Positions 1-8,858 of a DNA stretch of 60,563 nt are shown piece after piece. The notes beneath the pieces are model-generated. The model had not been told where the DNA came from. It ran no database searches and saw only the letters and a list, made by a program, of their open reading frames with translations. Each line of letters begins with the position of its first letter. Within the stretch, counting starts at the first letter, position 1. The position numbers and the translations under genes are program-made. Source of the DNA: Candidatus Peribacteraceae bacterium (lineage in GTDB: Bacteria; Patescibacteriota; Gracilibacteria; Peribacterales; Peribacteraceae); assembly GCA_028712095.1 (NCBI GenBank), contig JAQTQU010000001.1, positions 1 to 60,563 on the forward strand, given 5' to 3'.

Positions 1-81
1 ATCTTCGGGAAAGTAGGCAGACGCAAGCTGCGGCAGGAGCAGGGAACCAGCCAGGAACAGGGAGAGGGAACGGGAACGCAT
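1..81 (-). CDS. 5' end of a secreted protein running off the left edge (partial)
   Basis: The reverse complement of 79..81 is ATG. It reads MRSRSLSLFLAGSLLLPQLASAYFPED, a signal-peptide-like N-terminus followed by the FP(D/E) start seen in the SLH proteins of this window. Confidence 0.4.
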   Translation of the reverse strand, partial: MRSRSLSLFLAGSLLLPQLASAYFPED

Positions 82-157
82 GGAGGCAGGGGGAAAAAGG
101 GAGCGATTGTGAACGCATCTTTACGTTTCTGCAACAGGGCGTGAACACGTGGAGTGC

Positions 158-1315
158 TCAATTCTCAGGGATCTGCAGCTTGCCCAGCATGCGCATGAAC
201 GCCGTTTCGGGGTTATGCAGCTGGCTACCGCAGTGCATGGTGAATCGCTGAAAATGCTTCGGCGTGATGATGAAGGCGCCGCGCGTCGTGCAGGTGGAAG
301 TGGTTTCGTCATAGAGGATCGTCCACGTGCGGTCGACGATTTCATCCGAGAGAATCTGTACGTTGGCAGCCGCGCGCAGGGCGTCGATGGCGTCGGCGGC
401 CCTGTCGTGGTCGAAACCCGTGAGCGAATAATCCGTCTCGATGCAGGCATTCCAGCCCCAGCACGTTCGTTGCGGCCCGACGAAGAGTTGCCAGCGCGCA
501 GGCAGCTTCGGCAGGATCGTCCCGTCGAACGTGCCGCGGGTCATGAGGTGCGGGGTTGGCCAGGAGCTGGGGTAGGAGAGCGCGTAGCCGAGATCCTCAT
601 TGCGCGCCTCAACCCAGGTGACGGGGTTGGCCACCTCCACTTCGTCGAGGGCGATACGCTGCGCGGGGGGTTGCTGCGACGGAAGTTTCAGGAGTCGTGC
701 AAGCATCTCGGCCACCTCGCCGCGGGTGAGGATGTGCGCATGGTCCTGCGCGGTCGGCGGAATGGCTCCCGCCGTATCCATATACGCGATGTAGGGCTTG
801 TACCATTCTTTGCCCAATAGCTCCAGATCGGGGATGTTGACCGGTGCCAATTTGAAGGCGACCGAGAGGATCTTGGATCCTTCATCGAGGGTGATCGGAC
901 GGTCGGGACGGAAACTGCCGTCCCCGTAGCCCGACACGAAGCCGTACGACCACGCCACACACACGGACGGCGCATACCACGCGTCCGGCGTCACATCCGA
1001 AAACGGCATGCCGAGGCCGAATTTCTGCAATGCGGATGCATCGGTGAGACATCCGTCAATCAGTGTCTGCGGCGCCAGCGCCTGTACGATCATTTTGGTG
1101 AACTCTGAGCGGGTGACAGCGGATTGGGGCCAGAAGACGCGGCGCTCGCCGGGCACGATGAAGCCCTGCACGATGTCGCGCTGCCTGAGGAGCTCAATGG
1201 ATTCGGCATAGGGATGGGTGTCCGGTACATCGGCGAAGAACATCGCCGCGGCGGCACCGGGCACGCATCCGAGGATGACGATGGCGAGCGAGACGATCCA
1301 GCGAAGCTGTCGCAT
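158..1315 (-). CDS. secreted SLH-domain protein
   Basis: 385-aa ORF. N-terminal signal peptide (IVSLAIVILGCVPGAAAA). SLH-type repeats: FADVPDTHPYAESIELL, FSDVTPDAWYAPSVCVAWSYGFVSGYGDGSFRPDRPIT. The C-terminal half is unassigned. Confidence 0.8.
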   Translation of the reverse strand: MRQLRWIVSLAIVILGCVPGAAAAMFFADVPDTHPYAESIELLRQRDIVQGFIVPGERRVFWPQSAVTRSEFTKMIVQALAPQTLIDGCLTDASALQKFGLGMPFSDVTPDAWYAPSVCVAWSYGFVSGYGDGSFRPDRPITLDEGSKILSVAFKLAPVNIPDLELLGKEWYKPYIAYMDTAGAIPPTAQDHAHILTRGEVAEMLARLLKLPSQQPPAQRIALDEVEVANPVTWVEARNEDLGYALSYPSSWPTPHLMTRGTFDGTILPKLPARWQLFVGPQRTCWGWNACIETDYSLTGFDHDRAADAIDALRAAANVQILSDEIVDRTWTILYDETTSTCTTRGAFIITPKHFQRFTMHCGSQLHNPETAFMRMLGKLQIPEN

Positions 1316-1417
1316 GATGCGAGATGGGAGTGACGGTGAGATAGCATAGCAGATGGCGTGCGGAAGATTCAGGAATCCTGCGATACGCTATGATGTGCGC
1401 ACTTTCCCCTCTTACGT

Positions 1418-1612
1418 ATGGACCAGCAAGAGCTCCAGCAACGCGTCGAAGCATTTCTTGCCGACCTCAACATCCCAAGCTTCATCGTCTTCGGTTTTCA
1501 GAAGAACGAGAAGGAGTTCGGCTTCATCGCTTCGTACCGTCAGATGCCCACCAATGTGGCGATCAAAGGGATCACGTGGGCGCTGCACGACTTCGTGAAT
1601 AAGCTGCCCTAA
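1418..1612 (+). CDS. small hypothetical protein (64 aa)
   Basis: Clean ORF with protein-like composition (MDQQELQQRVEAFLADLNIPSFIVFGF...). It is followed by a hairpin. No family recognised. Confidence 0.45.
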   Translation: MDQQELQQRVEAFLADLNIPSFIVFGFQKNEKEFGFIASYRQMPTNVAIKGITWALHDFVNKLP

Positions 1613-1672
1613 GAAGAAGAGGAGGCCGACCCTTCTTCGCCAAGGCTTCGAAGGGCAAGATGCCGTTATTTA

Positions 1673-1793
1673 AATAATCGTCGCGAAGCGGTGGGCCCGT
1701 AAAGGCCGCGTGGCGGCCCGCGTGCCGCTTTACGCGATGGCTCTGACGGGACCCACCGCTGGAGCGACACCATGTAAGGGAAAAGAGAGCTCA
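1673..1793 (+). repeat. copy A of a dispersed structured element (copy B at 48183..48282)
   Basis: Shared blocks in the same order and orientation: AATAATC, TCGCGAAGCGGTGGG, variable hairpins, CCCACCGCTGG, TAAGGGAAAAGAGAG. The long stem GTCGC/AGCGGTGGG/CCCGT pairs with ACGGG/CCCACCGCT/GCGAC. Confidence 0.7.
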
Positions 1794-1796
1794 TAA

Positions 1797-1819
1797 GAGA
1801 AAAACCGCAGGTTTGTCTC
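1797..1819 (-). terminator. hairpin terminator candidate for the DUF360/holin-like gene
   Basis: On the minus strand: GAGACAAACC-TGC-GGTTTTTCTC followed by TTAT, 8 nt after the stop at 1827. Confidence 0.45.
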
Positions 1820-1826
1820 TCATGAA

Positions 1827-2222
1827 TTATCGGATAATTTCTTTCATGATCCAGTTCGCGAAGCCGATTGCCGCGGCCACGACGACCCAGCCCCACACGC
1901 CGCCGTAAATCTCCAGCCCCACGATGGCGGGATCCATCTTGAGGACGAGGATATGGACGAGCCACACGAACACGCCGTTGACCACGATCACGGCGAGAAT
2001 TCCGGCAAAGAGTTTCAGGGGCAGCGTCAGGACGGCGAGCATCGGCCGGACGAGCAGATTCAAGAGGGTGAAGAGCGCGCCGACGATGATGATCGCCCGC
2101 CATCCTCCCGTGAGCGCGAAGTACTGGTCGAGATACGTGGCCATCGACCAGACGAGTGCGACGTTGAGGATCGCTTTGATGGTGATTTTGAGCGGGAGGG
2201 AACCTCCGGAATCGTTGGACAT
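1827..2222 (-). CDS. phage-holin-4-2 / DUF360-type small membrane protein
   Basis: 131 aa with 4 hydrophobic segments. The pattern LLNLLVRPMLAVLTLPLKLFAGILAVIVVNGVFVWLV is typical of YvlD/DUF360-family proteins, recalled from memory. Confidence 0.7.
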   Translation of the reverse strand: MSNDSGGSLPLKITIKAILNVALVWSMATYLDQYFALTGGWRAIIIVGALFTLLNLLVRPMLAVLTLPLKLFAGILAVIVVNGVFVWLVHILVLKMDPAIVGLEIYGGVWGWVVVAAAIGFANWIMKEIIR

Positions 2223-2304
2223 GGGGGGAGTGTAGCAGATCGGAAGTTGGGGAGGTGCAAAAGGCGAGGGAGGACTGAGAGGTTGGTGGGGAGGTTTGAG
2301 AAGT

Positions 2305-2336
2305 TGAAAGGTTGAAACGTATCAGGCCTCCCTAAC
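2305..2336. repeat. 32-bp motif, exact reverse complement of 19326..19357
   Basis: TGAAAGGTTGAAACGTATCAGGCCTCCCTAAC lies immediately 3' of the ileS stop. The inverse copy lies immediately 3' of ribE. Confidence 0.9.
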
Positions 2337-2338
2337 TT

Positions 2339-5300
2339 CTACAACTTCTTCAACCTCGCCAAACGCACCGTCACGTCCGATCCGTCAATATCCACGGTGA
2401 CCGGGCTGCCGTCATTCTCCTGCAGCACAGCATGCGTTTCCTGCGCGATCACGTTGCCATGTTCCTGCAGAACGTCTTGCAGGCCGTCGATCTTGAGTGC
2501 GATGGAATCGGCGAAGTGCAACCCCGCATCCTTGCGGATTTTCTGCACTGCACGGATGAGATCGCGTGCGAGTCCTTCGCGCTTGAGCGCGGCGGTGACG
2601 GTTGTTTCCATGCTCACGACAATGCCCTTATCTGCAGCGATATCCGCTCCTTCGCGGCCGCGGTAGGTGATGGGCGCCTCGTCGGGGGCGAGCACTTCAT
2701 CCAGAATGAGCACGGCACCGTCCTCCCGCACGGTGAAGTCACCCGCCTTGCCGGCGCGGATGATCTCCTGCACGCGTGCGCCAAGTCGTGGGCCCGCCTT
2801 GCGCGCATCCACCTGCGCGAACGGCTGCGCCAGCGCTCCGGGATCGGCGGCAAATTCCAGATCTTTCACGTTCAATTCATTCTTGAGCAGGTCGCGGTCT
2901 TCTTCGGTAAGCGTGATTGTTGCGAGGGTCGGCGGCAGGGCGACCACGGCGCGAGCGAGCGGTTGGCGAACTTTGATCTTTTTTGCCCCGCGGATGCCGT
3001 GACCGAGCGAGACGATCAACCGAAGCAGACGATGGCGGTCGATGAGGGAACGTTCTTCATCGGTGAGTTGTTTGCAGTCCGGCCAGTCGGTCAGGTGCAC
3101 CGAGCCGTGATCCTCGGGCACCAGATTCACGTAAATCGCATCGGTGATGAAGGGGCAGAACGGGGCCAGCGTCTGGCAGACCGTGAGGAGCACGTCGTGG
3201 AGCGTTGCGAGCGCATCCGTCTGTTCGCCTTCGTGCGTCGAGAGCTCGGCCGATGGGCTCGTATCCTCCTCATCCACCGCGCCTTTGCCGGCAAAGCGGC
3301 GGCGGGAGAGGCGTACATACCAGTTCGTGAGCGCATCAATTGTTTCATGGATTTCACTGCAGGCGGCGGAAAGATCGTAGCGGTCGAGCTCCCGCGTGAT
3401 GCGGTTGACGAGATCCTGCACCTCGGCGCGGATGTATCGGTCCAGCGGATGACTGGAGTGGCGGCGGGTTTCCACCGGTTCGAACTTGGCGGCGTTCGCG
3501 TACGTTACGAAGAAGCTGTAGACATTCCACAACGGCAGCAGCACGGAACGCACGGTTTCCGAAACGAGTGTTTCGGAGAAGCGCAAATCCTCGCCCCGCA
3601 CGGCCGGCGAGCTCATCAGCGTGAAGCGCACGGCGTCCGCCCCGTGACGATGCACCACTTCGGTCGGCTCGGGATAATTCTTGAGGCGCTTGCTCATCTT
3701 CTTGCCGTCTTCGGCCAGCACGATGCCGTTGACGATACAGTTCAGGAATGCGGGTTTCTGGTAGAGGGCCGTCGACAGGATCATGAGGGTGTAGAACCAT
3801 CCGCGTGTCTGATCCATGCCCTCGGCGATGAAGTCGGCAGGGAAGCCGGGGGGGAAGGACTTGGGACTTGGGGCTTGGGACTTGAGACCTCGGGAGCGGT
3901 AAGCGAAGGGGAAGTGGCTCTGCGCGTACGGCATGGAGCCGGATTCGAACCAGCAATCCAGCACCTCGGGGATGCGTCGCATGAGGGCGGGCAGGCGCAG
4001 GTCCAGTGCTTCGGCGTTCCTGGCTTCAATGGCGGCCATTTCCGCCAGCGAGAGATTCTCGACCAGTGCCTGCAGGCATTTCATCGGTCCGCCGTGGCAG
4101 GCCACGAGCACGCGCTTGCCCGGATATTCCGCGCGGATACGTTGCAGGACTTTTTCCATGCGCTGCACGAATGCCTCAAAGCTTTCGCCACCTGGAGGAG
4201 TCTGCGGAGAAAATCCTGGGCTGGCGACTTCGCCACGGGGGAGCAGCGTCACATAGTCCTTGCCGGGCTTGCCGGTCCACTCGCCCGTGTCGCGTTCGTT
4301 CAGTTCTTTCCACTTGGCCGCATGCGGCACCTTCAGTTCCGCGCTGAGGATTTCGGCCGTTTCGACGGCGCGCTTCAGATCCGACGAAATGATGAGATCG
4401 AATTTCCGCTTCTTCAGTTTTTTGGATAGTGTCCGTACCTGTGCCCTCCCCGTCTCGTTGAGGAGCGAATCGATGTTACCGCCGTTCACGAGATTCTGCT
4501 TATTGAGGTCCGTTTCCCCGTGACGGACCAGTGTCAGTTGAATGTCGCTCTTCTGCTGCGATGCGCTCCACGTGATGTCATCCACGATGTGCTTGTGCAG
4601 GTCGAGTTGCGATTGCGTGCGATGATCCCAGAAGAAGGTCACGGGCTCGGCGTACCGCGGGTACGGCCGGTGATTCAGTTTCATGGGATCTTCCTGTGTG
4701 AAGAAGTGTTGGATGTTCTGCAGAGGATCGGCGTGCGTGACGATCACGATGTGGCCGCCGCGGTGCAGTGGGAGGATTTCTGCAAGGAACGCACTGATGC
4801 GCTCGTGCACGGCGCCAAATGTCTCCATGCCCGGAAAGTGGTAGATGCTCTCGGGCGTTTTCGTTTCGAGCTTGTGCGCCCTTCTCGCCTTGACGAAGGT
4901 TAAGTCCGAGAAATCGACGGTCTTACCCTCGTACTCCCCGAAGATCACTTCGTGCAGGCGCTCGTCCACGATCAGAGGCGCCCCTGTCTTCTTGGCGATG
5001 ATCGCCGCCGTTTCTTTCGTCCGGTCTAAGGGCGAGCAGTAGATGGCGGAGATTGCTCCGGCATTCAGGTAGTCCGCAGCGGACGCTGCTTGTTTCTTGC
5101 CCGTTGCCGTCAGGTGCGTGCCCGGACACGTGCCCTGATAGATCGGAATCAAATTGCCCTCGCTCTCGCCGTGCCGCAGCACCGATACCTTGGTGAAGCG
5201 AATTCTGTTCTGCGCCATCAGTTCATCGCGGCTTTCGATCACCGTCAGGTCCTTCGTTTCGTTGCAGCGCCAGATGGGGAGGGGAGTGCCCCAGTAACGG

Positions 5301-6760
5301 TTGCGGCTGATCGCCCAGTCACGCGCACCCTCCAGCCATTTGCCGAAGCGCCCGTCGCGCACGTGCGCGGGAACCCACGTGGTTTTGGCATTCGATGCGA
5401 GAATGTCATCCTTGATCTTGGTGACGTTCACGAACCACGAGCTCGTGGCGTAGTTGAGCAGGGGCGTTTCACACCGCCAGCAGTGCGGGTAGCTGTGGCG
5501 GATTGTTTCCCTGCGCCAGATGAGCCCTTTCTTGTGGAAATCCTCAATGAGCCGCTTCTCCCCGTCTTCCACGTACATACCGGCGTAGGGCCCGGCCTCC
5601 GCTCCGAAGTGGCCGTTCATCTGCACATCCATGACGATGGGAAGCTTGTTTTTCTTTGCCGCTTCCATGTCGATCTCGCCGTAGGAGCCGTTGATCGTCA
5701 CGATGCCGGTTCCCTCCGACGGATCCACGTAGTCTGCGGCGAAGATGTGGTAGACATGGGGATTTTTTTTCACTTCCGGAATCTCCGCGTACCAGTCCGC
5801 AATGTGTTCGTAGGATTTGCCGACCAGTTTTTTGCCGGGGAATTCATCAATGATTTCGTACTGTTCCGTCCCTTTCATCACTTCAGCAACGCGGCTTTTC
5901 ACCATGATGAGGTTTTCATTTCCTGTCCGGACACTCACGTACGTGGCATCCGGCTTGATGGAGAGCCCCATCGTGGAGAGCGTGCTCCACGGCGTGGTGG
6001 TCCAGGCGAGCACGAAGGTGTGCTTCTCGTCTTTGAGTTTGAACTTCCACGTGACGGCGGTGTCATTGATATCTTTGTATCCCTGCGTCACTTCGAAGTT
6101 GGCAAGGGGGGTTTCGCAGCGGGGACAGATCTGCATGGCTTTGCGGCCTTCATAGATCAGATCTTTCTCATGGAGCTCACTGAACACCCACCAGATCGAT
6201 TCCATGTACTCCGGGTCCATGGTGCGGTAGTCATGGTCCATGTCCACCCACCGGCCCATGCGTTCCACCACGGTCCGCCAATCCTTCGTGTAGCGCTGCA
6301 CCGATCCGCAACACAGGGCGTTGAACGCATCCACGCCCATCGCGTCGATCTGCTGATGGTTGGTGATGTTGTGCTCTTTTTCAATCAGATTCTCGACGGG
6401 CAGCCCGTGGCAGTCCCAGCCGAATCTCCTCTCCACGTATTTTCCCCGCATCGTCTGGTACCGGGGGATGACATCCTTGATCGTGCCGGCGAGCAGGTGC
6501 CCGTAGTGGGGCAGGCCCGTGGCGAAGGGCGGACCGTCGTAGAACGAAAATGTTTCCCCTTTGCCTCCCACGGGGCCATCCAGCAGATCGCCCGTCCCTT
6601 CCGAACGCAGTCTCAGGCTCCTCTTGAAGATATCCTCCTCCTGCCAGTAGCGGAGAATGCCCTCCTCGAGTTCGGGCAGCCGTTGCCTGGGGTCTACGGG
6701 GTCGAACACGTCAAAAGCGTACCACACTCTCCGGACTCCGTGCTGCCGGAAGGGCGGCAA
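2339..6760 (-). CDS. ileS: isoleucine--tRNA ligase with two inserted histidine-phosphatase domains
   Basis: 1473-aa ORF. Class I motifs present: PHYGHLL (HIGH), KMSKR (KMSKS), WAISRNRYWGTPLPIW, VLDCWFESGSMPY, GMDQTRGWFY. The ORF-track start at 6760 is TTG. An in-frame GTG at 6709 (MFDPVDPRQRLPELEEGILRYW) looks like the real start. Confidence 0.95.
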   Translation of the reverse strand: MPPFRQHGVRRVWYAFDVFDPVDPRQRLPELEEGILRYWQEEDIFKRSLRLRSEGTGDLLDGPVGGKGETFSFYDGPPFATGLPHYGHLLAGTIKDVIPRYQTMRGKYVERRFGWDCHGLPVENLIEKEHNITNHQQIDAMGVDAFNALCCGSVQRYTKDWRTVVERMGRWVDMDHDYRTMDPEYMESIWWVFSELHEKDLIYEGRKAMQICPRCETPLANFEVTQGYKDINDTAVTWKFKLKDEKHTFVLAWTTTPWSTLSTMGLSIKPDATYVSVRTGNENLIMVKSRVAEVMKGTEQYEIIDEFPGKKLVGKSYEHIADWYAEIPEVKKNPHVYHIFAADYVDPSEGTGIVTINGSYGEIDMEAAKKNKLPIVMDVQMNGHFGAEAGPYAGMYVEDGEKRLIEDFHKKGLIWRRETIRHSYPHCWRCETPLLNYATSSWFVNVTKIKDDILASNAKTTWVPAHVRDGRFGKWLEGARDWAISRNRYWGTPLPIWRCNETKDLTVIESRDELMAQNRIRFTKVSVLRHGESEGNLIPIYQGTCPGTHLTATGKKQAASAADYLNAGAISAIYCSPLDRTKETAAIIAKKTGAPLIVDERLHEVIFGEYEGKTVDFSDLTFVKARRAHKLETKTPESIYHFPGMETFGAVHERISAFLAEILPLHRGGHIVIVTHADPLQNIQHFFTQEDPMKLNHRPYPRYAEPVTFFWDHRTQSQLDLHKHIVDDITWSASQQKSDIQLTLVRHGETDLNKQNLVNGGNIDSLLNETGRAQVRTLSKKLKKRKFDLIISSDLKRAVETAEILSAELKVPHAAKWKELNERDTGEWTGKPGKDYVTLLPRGEVASPGFSPQTPPGGESFEAFVQRMEKVLQRIRAEYPGKRVLVACHGGPMKCLQALVENLSLAEMAAIEARNAEALDLRLPALMRRIPEVLDCWFESGSMPYAQSHFPFAYRSRGLKSQAPSPKSFPPGFPADFIAEGMDQTRGWFYTLMILSTALYQKPAFLNCIVNGIVLAEDGKKMSKRLKNYPEPTEVVHRHGADAVRFTLMSSPAVRGEDLRFSETLVSETVRSVLLPLWNVYSFFVTYANAAKFEPVETRRHSSHPLDRYIRAEVQDLVNRITRELDRYDLSAACSEIHETIDALTNWYVRLSRRRFAGKGAVDEEDTSPSAELSTHEGEQTDALATLHDVLLTVCQTLAPFCPFITDAIYVNLVPEDHGSVHLTDWPDCKQLTDEERSLIDRHRLLRLIVSLGHGIRGAKKIKVRQPLARAVVALPPTLATITLTEEDRDLLKNELNVKDLEFAADPGALAQPFAQVDARKAGPRLGARVQEIIRAGKAGDFTVREDGAVLILDEVLAPDEAPITYRGREGADIAADKGIVVSMETTVTAALKREGLARDLIRAVQKIRKDAGLHFADSIALKIDGLQDVLQEHGNVIAQETHAVLQENDGSPVTVDIDGSDVTVRLARLKKL

Positions 6761-6771
6761 TTGTCGAAGGA

Positions 6772-8097
6772 TTACTCACGTGTCAACGGACCGTCGTGCG
6801 TGGCCAGTGCCACCAGTGTCGGAACGACGCGCTGGTCGATGCTGCTCACGCGTACCCGCTCTTTGCCCGTGTGTTCCCCGTCTCCGTCTGCGGCAAAGAT
6901 GACTGCTGGTATTTTCTTTCTGTGGACAACAATTGGCTCATCTGCCGTACCACGAAAGACCTGGAGTGCGACTGCCTTTCCCACCACCTGACCCATGATG
7001 CGTTGGACCGTTCTGACGAAGGTGTGGTCCGGACTCTCGAGGAACGGCTTTGTGAAAGGAAGACTTCGATCTGCTTCTCGCTTGAGATAGAAGGAGTCCG
7101 GCGGGAGTCCGTTTCGTGAAAAAGCTTCTTCGAGAGATCTGCGGACATGATCGATGATGGCAGGCTCATCCAGTTCCGGATTGCCGTAGAGTACGTCCAG
7201 ATCAATGGTCGATTCTGCAGGAATGCTCAGCGAATGCGGATCAACGGAGCTCCACTTGCGCGCAGCGCAGTATGAGGGAGGCATGAGATGCCTGAATTGT
7301 GGCTCCGGACGTTCAGGGAACGTGATTTGCGGGATGGCGATCTTCGCATAGCCGTCGAGAGTGGAGGCAATGAGACGTCCGTCTTCCTGCGGTTTGTATC
7401 TTCCGGAGTGCATGCCGGCTCCACGGAGGACAATTTGGATACCGACACGTCCCTGTCGTCCGACCCCGAGGACGGCGGGGTCGCCGAGGTGTGCCCCGAC
7501 TGGAATATCGTTCGACACACAGCACGTGGCATTGCGCGTTAAATCCTGATCGGGATGGAGTGCAGCGTGGATGCCCTGAGATTCGTCTTCCTCACCGCTG
7601 ACAAGCAGGAAACTCACATGATGGCGGACGTCGTTCCTTTGCTGTAGCTGATGAGCGGCAACGAGATTTGCCGTCACGCCCTGAAGATCGTCATAGGCGC
7701 CTACTGCGTAGCACACATCCGGATCGCTGCGGCTGGGAAAGAGCTGGTGTGGGGTGCGTTCGATGTCTGACGGAAACGAGACAGGCGGAACGGTATCAAA
7801 ATGATTCACGACAAGCAGATGTTCCCGGCTCAATGTGGATTGCGTGGGCTCGATTTCAATGAGGACGTTGCACGGCTTTGGTGACTCGTTCGCGTGTTTG
7901 GCCCCATCGGGATACTCCACGAGCCGTGCGTTTCCGAGTCCCCAGCGATTTGCGAAGTCTACGAGGTGCTCCGCTTTCGCCCGTTGCCCTTCACGGGTGA
8001 AGGACTCTTGGTCGACGAGCTCAGCGAGGATAGCTCTGGTAGAGGGGAATTCCTGCACCGGGAAAGGAGGGGAAAAGGAAGTTGTACATCGTAGCAT
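6772..8097 (-). CDS. M20-family metallopeptidase / deacylase (ArgE/DapE-like)
   Basis: 441 aa. M20-type motifs: NHFDTV, GAYDDLQG, SGEEDESQG, a dimerisation-domain-like GRQGRVGIQIVLRGAGMHSG, and C-terminal DGDGEHTGKERV. Confidence 0.75.
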   Translation of the reverse strand: MLRCTTSFSPPFPVQEFPSTRAILAELVDQESFTREGQRAKAEHLVDFANRWGLGNARLVEYPDGAKHANESPKPCNVLIEIEPTQSTLSREHLLVVNHFDTVPPVSFPSDIERTPHQLFPSRSDPDVCYAVGAYDDLQGVTANLVAAHQLQQRNDVRHHVSFLLVSGEEDESQGIHAALHPDQDLTRNATCCVSNDIPVGAHLGDPAVLGVGRQGRVGIQIVLRGAGMHSGRYKPQEDGRLIASTLDGYAKIAIPQITFPERPEPQFRHLMPPSYCAARKWSSVDPHSLSIPAESTIDLDVLYGNPELDEPAIIDHVRRSLEEAFSRNGLPPDSFYLKREADRSLPFTKPFLESPDHTFVRTVQRIMGQVVGKAVALQVFRGTADEPIVVHRKKIPAVIFAADGDGEHTGKERVRVSSIDQRVVPTLVALATHDGPLTRE

Positions 8098-8858
8098 TCC
8101 CTTTTCTTGTCACCAGGGTTCTCCGGCATATTTTCCGTCCTGTGTCCGTAAACCATTCTTTGCGTATGGGCAATTTCTTGCGCATTTATGTTGACGAACG
8201 GTCCGGAAAGACGAGAATGAAAGCGATGCGAGAAGGCGATTACCACAACGGCGCGGGCGATCCCGTCGTGCAGGTTCGGTCCCAACCGGGCGAACGTGTC
8301 AGTCTCACTGCGGAACCCGCCGATGATCATGTACTGGGGGATTCACATGTCGGCGCCAGCGATGGCGATTCCTCATCCTGTCACAGTGATCAAACGGTGA
8401 TACTGCGTGGCAGTGCGGTTGATCCGGAACAGGAGAGGACTGTCAAAGCCGGTATCTTTGGCCAGATTCTTGTTTTTCTGCGAACAAATGCCAAAAATAT
8501 TCTGAGGGAACGCGAAATTCCCGATCTCGCAGCGTCCATCGGGCAGAGCTACTGCGCCCGCCACCCAGAGGTCCTACAGTCCTGCCAGATGAATATTGCT
8601 GATCTCTGCAGTTTCGTCATGAAGAGCGTGCAGGAGATCACAAGTACGTCCGATGGTACGCCGTCATCTGCATCAGGCAGTGAATCTGACGCAGGAGTAC
8701 AACCCCATCGGGCGAACAGGCTTTCCCAAGTGCCGAGAAAACCCCGATAGTCAGGCAAATTTTGAGCCCCGCCTCGTGCTTGAAAGCCTCTCTGGTTTAT
8801 TGCGCAGGAATACTAATTCCCATATCATATCGTACCCAATCCCCGTATTTGGGGGTTC

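Noticed and set aside
2432-4429. 665-aa plus-strand ORF. Similar long antisense ORFs occur at 5090..6991, 14113..15267, 27355..29139, 29518..30918, 25025..27253, 39534..40598 and 57860..58726.
   Set aside because: Each lies entirely opposite a strongly supported gene (ileS, uvrA, typA, the PBP, the SLH protein, the giant protein, atpB). Each has the Arg/Gly/His/Asp-rich composition typical of shadow ORFs in high-GC DNA.
8082-8750. 222-aa plus-strand ORF
   Set aside because: It has low-complexity Ser/Asp/Gly/Arg composition and overlaps the start of the M20 gene. No recognisable domain. I treat it as part of a possibly decayed region rather than a gene.
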